A DNA stretch of 64,000 bases from Paraspadella gotoi (Eukaryota > Animalia > Chaetognatha), in NCBI GenBank assembly GCA_051294375.1, contig CM119263.1, forward strand, positions 29,034,079-29,098,078. The letters are read 5' to 3'. The notes under the pieces were generated by a model. It saw only the letters and a program-made list of their open reading frames with translations. It had not been told where the DNA came from and ran no database searches. The translations under genes were made by a program, and so were the position numbers. Positions 1-10,500 of the stretch are shown here, piece after piece. Numbering within the stretch: the stretch's first letter is position 1; each line of letters begins with the position of its first letter.

Positions 1-1
1 T

Positions 2-523
2 CTCCAGCGTCTGAGGCTGCAGGATCCGCTGCGGAGCGACGACTTCGCGGAGAAGAGGCGAGGGAAGAGAAGTCGGGCTAGGACGCGAACCGGGTTGCGC
101 CGCCTTGATGGAATTCGGCCGAGTCGGTGCTGGAGGTTGATCGCCGTTGTTGTTGCTGTTGCTGTTTCCGCTGCCGTCCGAAGCTGGAGACGAAGATGCT
201 GAAGCCGCCGCCGCCGCAGCAGCCGCTTTTTCCGCTTCCACCCTTCTCTTCTCCGCTTCTTGCTCGGCGCGCTTCCTCGCGGCGTCGTCTCGAGAGCGGC
301 GCTGCTCTTCGGCGCTCCGAACGACGGACAATTCCAACGCAAAGTCGTAGTCCATTTCGCGCAGGATACGGTCCAGGTCCGGGACGTCGACGTGGAACGG
401 AGGCGTCACCCTCGGTGGACGGCGGAAGGACTCGGCCAGTTTGAGGGGCACCTCGTCCATGTAGGATGTCGGCGGGACCGGGTCAGGGGCGCGGCGGGAG
501 CGGGAGACGCGCGACCGAGACAT
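2..523 (-). CDS. UBAP1: UBAP1-like ESCRT-I subunit, 5' part; continues past the window edge
   Basis: ATG at 523, open to the edge: MSRSRVSRSRRAPDPVPPTSYMDEVPLKLAESFRRPPRVTPPFHVDVPDLDRILREMDYDFALELSVV. This matches the N-terminal UMA domain of UBAP1 (SYxDxVPxK...F+xPxxV...PD...+xE+xYDFxLE). It is absent from the ORF track because no stop lies inside the window. Confidence 0.8.
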   Translation of the reverse strand, partial: MSRSRVSRSRRAPDPVPPTSYMDEVPLKLAESFRRPPRVTPPFHVDVPDLDRILREMDYDFALELSVVRSAEEQRRSRDDAARKRAEQEAEKRRVEAEKAAAAAAAASASSSPASDGSGNSNSNNNGDQPPAPTRPNSIKAAQPGSRPSPTSLPSPLLREVVAPQRILQPQTLE

Positions 524-771
524 GGTTAGTGTAAAACGCAGGGGTGTGACGGGAGGGGAGATTTTAAGTCTCTAAAATGCAGAAATGGCCGAAAGTTTAT
601 AAGTCAGATAGAACAAATAGAAAGCCAAGAACTCGTTGTGACTGAACGACTTAGATTAAGAGTGATTGAGTGAGTGTTAAGTAATTACGACGTCATTAGC
701 ACGATAAAGTAAGTCAATGACGGGTAAGGATCTCTGAATTAGCAGCTTATACCCAAGTGCAGGCGACTTGT

Positions 772-783
772 GATCACGTGACC
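772..783. promoter_or_regulatory. E-box / CLEAR-like motif (GATCACGTGACC) upstream of UBAP1
   Basis: Palindromic TCACGTGA at 774-781, just upstream of a putative 5'UTR donor near 751 on the minus strand. Motif match only. Confidence 0.3.
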
Positions 784-821
784 GACTTCAGCGACGAAGC
801 GAACAAAAGACGTCGGGTGCG

Positions 822-989
822 AATTTATAAAGGGAAGTCAGTTGGGCTACTTATTCAGTCATTGATTTTGAATTAATAATTAATAATATTAATTAATAAT
901 AATATAATAATTAATTAATAATTAATAATTAATAATTTATAAAGGGAAGTCAGTTGGGCTACTTATTCAGTCATTGATTTTGAATTAAT
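822..989. repeat. 56-bp direct duplication separated by (AAT)-rich filler
   Basis: aatttataaagggaagtcagttgggctacttattcagtcattgattttgaattaat occurs at 822-877 and again at 934-989. Confidence 0.9.
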
Positions 990-1549
990 CAATGATTAAT
1001 AATCATACTTTCTATTTGATATTGACTAAATGGGAAATAAACTTTCATTTTACAACATATAAAGTTAAACAAATCGACTTGTTTTACTTTAGAAAATTGT
1101 TTCGACTACTTATTTTTTCTACTACTTATTATTACTACTACTATTACTTCAATTTCACGTCTAGTTTATTTCTAGTCTAGTCATGTCATGTTTATTTTTC
1201 CAAATCTGCAGCAGAATCCATTGGTCAAAATAATTGTCGTGAAAGTTTTCATTCAAAGGAGTCCAAATATTACTATCATTAATTATACGACATGTGAGCA
1301 GCGAGCGAGATAAACGATCAAACCTGTTTCGAACACCTGACGAAAAAAATGAATAATATTACCTAAAAGAAATTGATACATGGAGAATGGACATTTTATT
1401 TCTACAATAGCAGAAAAGAAGAGAAAAAAAAACAGCTTTTGTTAAACAGTTCTAAATTCACAATGATCAATTTAAGGAACGACCGCACGTAACAGAAAAA
1501 AAAACAATTATTAAAACGGAAATCCATTTTCGTTAATGAGATATTCATA

Positions 1550-4500
1550 TTATCGACCTCTTCCTCTTCCACCTCGTCCTCTTCCCCATCCTCCTCCACC
1601 ACCCCCACCCCCGTATCCTCCTCCACCTCCCCCTCTACCGCCTCTACCCCTTCCTCTTCCCCCTCTCGATCCCCCCTCGTCGTTCCTCCACCCCAATCAT
1701 CTTGAGGGGAGTGTCCGAATTGATGTCCGCCACCTCCGCGCCCTCTGCCGCGATTTCCCCCTCGAAAGCCGCGCCCTCTGCCGGGACCCTCGTCCCAGCT
1801 CCGCTTGTTCCCGGCGGAGGGCGAATCCACGTAGGCTTCGGACTGCATGTCGCGGTCAAAGTCGTCCATTTCCTCGTTGCCACGGTCGGGGACCGGGCCG
1901 CCGCCTGGACCGCCGGGTCCGCCGCCGTCGGACCAATTGTTTCTGCCGCCGCCCCCGCTCCAGTTATCGCCTCCCCCTCTGCCCCCGCGGCCTCGCGAAG
2001 GCGGAGGGGGCGGGCCGCCGCGACCCCGATTGGCGTTGCGGTCGGGAAAGTCTCTGACGAATGGATTGTCGGCGTCTTCGTCGTCGTAGGGAGGGGCGGA
2101 ACCCTCTCTGCCACCGCCGACGCCGCCATCGCGAAATCCGCCGCCTCCGTCTCGAAAACCTCCTCTGCCACGCGGCGGTCGACCGCCCCTTCCGCGCCCT
2201 CCGCGACCACGTCCGTTCCAATCGCCGCCGCCGCCGCCGCCGCCGAACCTTCGAGGACCACCTCCCCCGCCGCCGCCGCCACCACCGCTTTCCTGCTCCA
2301 GAAATTCCGGCGGAAAATCGGGAGGGAAGTCGCTCTCGTCTTCGCGCAAAAGTTCCATCGGAAAGTCAGGCGGAAAATCGGGACCGTAGTCTCCGTCGTT
2401 GGGCGGGCGAGGACCTGGTGGTCCAGGAGGGCCAGGGGGTACAGGGGGACCGCAGCTCGCCGAGGGGTCGCTCGGCATCCAGTCCTCGCTACCCTGGCGG
2501 TAGTCGTCGTTGTAGCGATCGTTAAACATCTGGCGTCGGGATTCGAACTCGGAATCTGTTGTCTCGTTGAGCTGGAGAGAAGAAATACCACCATTCAAAT
2601 TCCTTTAATGATAGACTCTTTAGCTTACGCGTATATCATTTTAATAAGTGGGTCCCCCTTGAGTGAAAAGGAATTTACAGAAAAATTTAAAATTCATATG
2701 TCGTGTTGCGCCGCAGTGACTATTATCCCGTGGGCCGTGTATTTTCGACACGTACTGCATTGGAATAACTCATTTTTTTAAAGTTTATATGAGATTTCTT
2801 TAAAAAACAAAAAGCGGTGCTAGTAGTTGCTTAGATTTGAGGTTTTTCCCTGTCTTAACAAATGAGCAACCAACTATAGGCGAGTTATGAACAATTTTAA
2901 TGTAAGTGGGACAAACCGATAGACATACCGACTGACCGACCAAACAAAAAGTGACTTAAAGAATGCTTTGCAAGTACAGATTGCCTAAAGTTTTTAGTCA
3001 CAACGTGAATTTCGCAAAGCAACGAAGTCACTTTTTGGTTGGTTGGTCAGTCGGTATATCTGTCCCACTTATGTTAAAAATGCTTATAACTCGCCTATAG
3101 TTGGTCGCTCATTGGTTAAGACAGGAAAAAACCTCAAATGTAAGTGACTGCTCGCGGAATTCCGATGCAGTGCGTGTTATAAATACACAGGCTAAGAAAG
3201 TTACGGTGGCGCAACACATTAGATCGAGCGATCTTGTTTCTTTTGTTTTTCAATGAGATTTTTGGACAAAATTTAATGCACAAATGTTATGTAATTCTAA
3301 ATTATCCCAAAATTTCTTTATATCGGGTTCTCAATATATTTACGTTATTCATATTATTCCTTCCCGGCGGATTGTTCCAATTGGACGTTGGAGGACCGTA
3401 ACCCGTGCCGCTCGGTCCAGAACTTGTGACGGGAGTGCCCGGCCCTCTAGCGTCCATGGGTGCACTAGACGTTATCGGCCCCATCGGCCCATTCGGACCC
3501 ATTGGGCCGGGGCCGTTGGGGCCTTGAGGTGCGCCAGGGCCGTTGGGGCCTTGAGGTCCGCCAGGGCCATTGGGGCCTTGAGGTCCGCCAGGGCCATTGG
3601 GGCCTTGAGGTCCGCCAGGGCCATTGGGGCCTTGAGGTCCGCCAGGGCCATTGGGGCCTTGAGGTCCGCCAGGGCCGTTTGAACCATTGGGACCCATATT
3701 CTGACCCATGTTCGGACCACCGATGGAGCCCATGTTTGGACCTATGTTCGGACCCATATTTGGCCCCATTTGATTGTTAGGACCTTCCCAGTTGCTTTGA
3801 TCTGGTTTAAAGGAAAATTCAAATATCAAGTCAACTATTTTCAATCAATAAATATTAAATAATTATTTATTTATAATTTATTCACCGCTTATTTAACCAT
3901 TTTAAAAATCCCATCCAACCAACTCACCCGGACCCCAGTTTCCAGGGCCCCCGGGTCCGACGGGAGGACCTTGAGACCAATCGACTCCACCTAAAAAAAT
4001 ATAAGAAAATAACAAAATGGGCCTCAGACGCCGCCGCCGCCGCCGCCCCACCTCACCTCCTTTAGCGCCTCGAAAACCGATGGTTGGTTGAGGCGGAGGT
4101 CCGCAGCCAACGGGGCCACCGAGTCCCGGCAGGACCGGGATGTTATCGACCTCGCCCATTCCGGGAATTCCTTCGGGCGGCATGTCGTCGTCCTCGCGTG
4201 GGCCGCGTGCCCATTGGGCTTCGAAGCTAAAATGAAGGAAGATGGATAAGAGTGGTTCATAACAATTATTCAAGAAAGAAAAAGTCAAAATTTTAAAATT
4301 ATAAATGAATTTTCTCGCATACTTGCGAGGAACGGGACGCGAGTACGGAATTCGTTTGTCTCTTCTGTCGTCTCGATTCCATCGCTGTTGAGGCTGCGAA
4401 GGGGCGGTGTTCACGGGCGGAGCGTTGGGGACTTTGAAATCCAATCCTGAAAATAAATTCAAGGTTAGTCACTTCGCGCTATTTGATCTTGTTCCAAGTT

Positions 4501-7500
4501 ATCTTAAATGCTGCAATATGTAAATGAGATTAAAAATGTTGTTGTGACTAAAATGACAAAGACGACGACGAACCGACGACTGTGACGACGGCATTAATTT
4601 CCCCATAACTCTAATGAGCGTACCGGGAATGCTTTTTCCATCGACTCCGTCCGCTAATCCAGGGATTGAAGTGTCGGCAGCGCCGGTGCTTGTGTCGGCT
4701 GCGTTGGAATCGTCCAATTCCATGTTCTCCTGTGACATTACATTGAGACATTTAGCAATTAGCCAATAGCCGTGAATCTTTATTCTGTTACTATTTTTAA
4801 AATTTTTACCTCGTGCGACGAGGGCAAGGTATTGAGGTTATACTTGTCTCGCATCTGGTCGCCGGGTCGGTTCCGCGACCAGAACCGAACCGTGTGGTCG
4901 TTAGATCCAGTGGCCAGAATGTGACCCAGTGGGTGCCAAGAAATGGACCACACCAAGGCCTCGTGGGCAGATTCCATCGCGCCGCATTCCTTCTCATCGC
5001 TGGAGAGGGAGAATTAAACAAAATAACAGATATAATAACGAAATTTAATCCTAAAATATAATCTTTTTTGGATTCCTTACCCGACTGTCCAGAACATGAG
5101 AGAGCCTTCGGCGCCGCCAGAGCACAATAGTTTCTCGTGGACCGGATGCCAAGCTAACGATGCCGCCTCGCGCCGATGACCCTTGTTTTTAAAAATAATT
5201 AACAATTTATTTTTCAATATTAGATTTGGAAATCGCCTAACTCGGCTGAGGCTTCGCTAAATACCTTTAAAGTTTGCATCTCTTCCCTCATGTTTCGAAT
5301 GTCGAATATCTTAACCAAATGATCGCGAGATGCCGTCGCTAACCAGTTTCCGTTTTGATTCCATTTCACGTCCATGACCGTGCTGAAAACGCAATGCGTG
5401 ACGATGTGAATAAATTAATCAAATTTAAGCACCCTCCAAATCTATTTTTTTGTTTGGCTTTTGTTTGATTTATCATTCCCCCTTTTTTTTCCCTATCATT
5501 CTGACGAAACTGACCTTTTATGCGCGTGGAGAGTGGCGAGGCATTGACCCGACTTGGGGCACCACAACTTGAGAGGCTGCTGGTTATCTTTGCTGCCAGA
5601 GACGACGAGCGACTTGGTGGGATGCCAGTCGACGCACTTAACGTCGGCGCCGTGGCCTCGAAGGATGTTCTCCTCGGCGCAGCGGTTGAAGTCCCAGACG
5701 CGGACGGTCCCATCGTCGGAGCACGTCGCGAATTTAGTGTCAGTGGGGCTCCAGCTGTGAGGAAACGGTAGATGGGAGGTGGCGCCGTTTGGGGATTTTT
5801 CTTTTTCACAGAGAGACTTGGGTTTTTGATTATAGAAGGAAACGTTCGTTCAGATTTCAGGACCGAATTGATTTTTATAATCTTTCATTAGATAAATAGC
5901 TTCAATTGATGCTCCATAATCTCGAGTTTTTTTCAAATAAGATACTATTTTTATTAAAATTTTTATTTAACAATATTTATCGGCAATAATAAAATTTAAA
6001 AAATTAGGAAATCTAAAAATAAAAACAATCTGCATTTCTGCATTAGAATTAAAATTACATTGTCTTGCTACTTTTTGTATTTAAAACATTTTGGTTTTGA
6101 AATCTTATTTAAAAACAACCTAACTGATGAAAAATTAATATGAAAAAAGTCCATAATTTATGTTTAGTAATCAAAAAAAATAATTTTAACAAAATATTTT
6201 CTAAATAAAATTAACAGTAAAAATGATAATGAAACATGTGCAAAAAACCTCAAAAGCAAATTAGATGCAGAGCCATAAGTTGTTGGGTAACTCAGTCTCG
6301 TTTGATATGCATTTAAGCCTCATCTTTGAATTTAAGTTACCTTTGGCAACACTCAATAACATACCAAAACAAATTAGCTATCAGTATCGTTAATATTGAA
6401 TGTTGAATTTCAAATTCACTACTGGCAAAGTTTTAATTTATAACTGAATTTGTTAAAACGCCGCAAGCAACAGAAATAAAACAATGCGGAAAAGGTTGGC
6501 CGCGCCGCGCGTCCTTAGACGAGAGAATAGTTGGACGGAGCAGCGATTCTTTTATTTTTTTAAATAATTGACACCATGAAAGCGAAGAATCTATTGTTAT
6601 CGACTTAAAAGATACTAAATCGCGAAAACTCGACTGAGGTCCAATTTTTTTTCGATTTTGTCGTTGGGCATTGCCTGAGTTCACCATTTTAGATATAAAA
6701 CTATTTAAATCTAAACATAATTCAATGAGCAATCCTTAAAAATCGAACTGAACTTATATTAAACTAAACTTAAGATATCCAAAAGCTTAATTTATTTTAC
6801 AAATAAAGCACTAAATCAGTTCGTCTTCTTAGACTTTTAATCACAACGCGACCACCAGCTTTGTGGATTTNNNNNNNNNNGAGAGAGAGAGAGAGAGCAG
6901 AAAGGCGAACAAAGAAAGTCGAGGGAATAGAAAGAAAATTCAGGAAGCGAGTCCGGCCTCTCCGCGTCGCGAATCTCAGGAAACCACGATTGTTCATTGT
7001 TCCTCCAGCCGCGATCCGGTCTCCGGCTTCTTCGATTTCTTTTCTTTTCTTTTTTTTGTTCGAATTTCTAACCAAAAACATCGAAACCGGATCAGTCACG
7101 TTTTTTATTTTTCGAGAAATTCGGAGATAAGGTAATGCTGAAATTGTTAATTTTCTTTTCGTATTTAATTGTAAAACATACTTGGCTTCTTTTTATGGCG
7201 ACACGAATTTGGCAAACTTCAAATAATTTATTTCCTCACTCTTTTTTTACCCAGATGGCCTCACGCGTTTCCGGAAACGATGATCCCCACAAATACTGGA
7301 CTTACGACGAAACGCAATACGTTTGGCTCATGAAGGAGCTTCGCTCTCTAAATAATTTTAAAAAAGAGGAGAAAGAAGTGAAACTCAGTCAACGAAGGTC
7401 GGAACGATCGTTGAAAACTTCGGCCATCGTCAATCGTCAATCGGAAAATGGAAATTCGGTCTTGGAAAAAAGGATGGGATCATCGACCCAGAGAAAAGCC

Positions 7501-10500
7501 AGGCCGGAAACACCGCCAACGCCGAGATCCTTGTCACCCCACCCAGTTAGCGTCGTCAACTATGACAAAACCGCAGCGAACCATTTCAAACTTTCCCACT
7601 CGCGTGAAAATTTACAAATTACTCAAACGGGTTATTCTTCTACCAATCAATGCGAAGAAATTGAAATAAAACGCGGAATCACAAGGAAGGAAGTTGAAAA
7701 AGAATTAACCGTAACGATAGATGATAACCAAAATTTGACGACAATGGGATGCATGGAAAAAATTCATGGAGAGCAGAGGCATGAGGAGAAAAAAATTATA
7801 GAAGACGCCGCAATTAAAAAATCGAACATTCAACCAAAAATATCAATTGTCAATGATAAACCAGAAAAAATTAGTGAACAAATTAATATGAAGGAGGAAA
7901 ATCCAAAATGTAATTTAATTGAAGTTGAAAGTAATTTGACTAATGTAGAACACAACGATCATGTTTCAGAAATGAAAGTTTCTAATTTCGAATTCGATTT
8001 GAACGACATTTCCGTTCAAGATCTTATTCACAGACCCAACAGAAGTTATACGAAAAAGGAACTCGTGGCCATGAGATACACTCCACTGACAAAAATAGTT
8101 CCCTCTTGCATCCCGGAAGAACTCTTGCATAAAATAAAAACAGAGGCCAAGGAAATCAAAGAAATCAAGGGAATTAAAGTCATCAAGCTGGGAAACGCGC
8201 TCGACGCCAAGATCCAACTGAAGACATGTTCCAACGCTTGGCGGCCGAAATCCATGAAAGACGACGACGGAGAATCTCAAACAGTCAAGCAATTTCGTTC
8301 CATCTTGAACAAAATCACTCCAGAAAAGTTTGAGAAGCTCATGTCGCAAATAGAGCAACTCGCTATCAACACAATCGCTACTCTACAAAGCGTCATCGAC
8401 ACTCTTTTCGAAACGGCCGTCAACGATCAGGCATACTCGGAAATTTACGCGAAAATTTGCAAACGCTTGGAGAGTCGGAAAGTAAAAGAGGAGACGGGAA
8501 GCGCGGAAAAGGGTTTTCGGAGTTTATTGCTCGAACGATGTCAAAAAACTTTTTTCAAATTCTTGGATTGCGAGGAAAAAAACGAGAACGAAGAGCAGCA
8601 GCTGGCGGAAAAGAGAAAAAGGTTGGGGAACATCAGACTCATCGGCGAACTGTTTAACAATCAGATTTTGAACGAAAGGATTCTTCACGATTGCGTCACG
8701 ATCCTGCTGAAAAAGGAAACCGAGAGCGGCGTCGAGAGCGCCTGTCTCATGCTGACCATCGCTGGCGAGCGACTGGAACCTCGTAAAGTTAAGACCTACC
8801 TTCAGAAGTTGAGCAAATTGCAGCAAGAATCGAAACTATCTTCGCGAATAAAATTTATGATAAGAGATTTGCTGGAAATCAAATCGCTTAAATGGAATTT
8901 ACAAGCGAGGGTGGAAATGGCCGAAGAAAGGGAGAGAGAAAAGAAAAAAGAACTGAAAGAAAAGGAGAGAGAGAGAGAAAAAGAAAACACAACGCCTCAC
9001 GCGGTCTCTTCTGCCGAGGTGCCCAAAACCAAAGTAGTCACTTCGCTTCACATTCAACCCTTGATGTCTTTGGCTCTTAGGGAAGAACCAAGCCCAGAAT
9101 CTTTGGGCGCGAAACGAGGCGAAATTAAGGAACTGATGAAAGATGTCTCTCCCAAGTTGTCAAGAAGTCGTTTCGGAGATCGGGGCAAAGACCCTAGAGT
9201 TACTGACAAAGTCAATGAAAAACAAATCGAAAATCTCAGTTCGCCCGAGCCTTGTCTCGAAGGGTCCATTTCGCTCCGTCGAAATCTTTCAATTTCGCCG
9301 TCTAATTCGAGACATACGAACCGAAAACATCGCCAAAACGACCTGCCATCCAGAAATGTCCTTGATCGAAATAATTCCGCCTCGCCATCTGGAAGGGTGC
9401 CTCGTTTCTGCAATTCGCCGTCTCGAAAACCACGTCGTCACAACCGTTCGGTGTCGCCCTGCGAGAGACAGCTTCACAACCATAAGTCCCCCACGTCCCT
9501 CATGGAAGCGGACTGTAATTGCCCAGAGACTCCACGCCCTTCGATAGCCAGCGTCAAAGTCAGTGCGGCGCGAGTCGTTCAAAGGATGGAACGAGACGAC
9601 AATGAAGGTGCCGAGAGGATCGTCGAAGGAGTGCCCCAACGTCTTCGCGGCGATTTGGTCTTCGAAAGCGTCAACCTCGTCGTCGAGCGTTGCTTTAGGG
9701 CGCGGAAGAACTTTGGCGGATTCCTCGAAAGAGCCCTTCGACGGAGCGTTCTCCATCCGCGCGACGTTCGCGACGGATTGACGAGATTCGCGCGCGTCGC
9801 CGGTGACTTGGAGGTGGATATCCCGCGGCTCTGGTTCTACCTGAGCCAAGTTTGCAGTCCGCTACTTCGACAGGAGAGCGGTTTCCCGCCTCGTTATTTC
9901 GACTCCGTTTGCGAAGCCGTCGGGTGCCGGCGGCAAACGGCACAGTTTTTGACGGAGGTGGCGAAGGAGATGAGCGAAGAGAGAAAGTCCGAGTTGATCG
10001 ATTATATGGAAAATTCTGACGTCGCTCAGCGATGCTTGCCTAACCCTACCTTGAAAAGCTTATTTGCTAAGTAAATCGTAAATGGACCTTATGAGTAATA
10101 TTGAAATCGTTGGTTTTAGAAGTAGAAATCAATTTTGTATTCTCTTTCGCTGTTACCTTCCAGTACTATATATTGATCATTTTTAGTAATAACTGTTTTA
10201 TTAATGCTCTGCAATTACGTACAAATTATTAATTTGTGACTTAAATACATTGATCTGTTCTGTATTTATAATAAAGAAAAATTTCAACCTTTAACTGAAG
10301 GGTAAAACTTTTCTTTTCAGGAATTGATATTGAGGCTTTGAAGCAATAAAATGGCGGAAAGTAATAAAATTATAATTTTTTTCTCCGAAGGTCACTTGAT
10401 AAATAGCATTCTATATTATTAAGAAATACGAACATTTCTTTCAAAAATGTCTGAACTCAAAAATAAAAATTATATTATCCTCGACTTTTTAGTTAATTAT

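Noticed and set aside
1536-2781. Long plus-strand and alternative-frame ORFs (359 aa, 316 aa, 173 aa)
   Set aside because: Shadows of the GC-rich, Gly/Pro-rich WDR33 last exon, with low-complexity translations and no independent gene signals. The same applies to similar ORFs over beta-TrCP, RBM33, PRMT7, TMEM106 and UBAP1 exons.
3512-3679. Regular repeats resembling a CRISPR array (also 20877-21022)
   Set aside because: Head-to-tail units without unique spacers, in frame within eukaryotic exons, and no cas genes.
7135-7254. Hydrophobic 40-aa N-terminal extension on the eIF4G-like ORF (possible signal peptide)
   Set aside because: Bounded by AG|GTAATG at 7132 and a polypyrimidine-CAG at 7254, so better explained as a 5'UTR intron.
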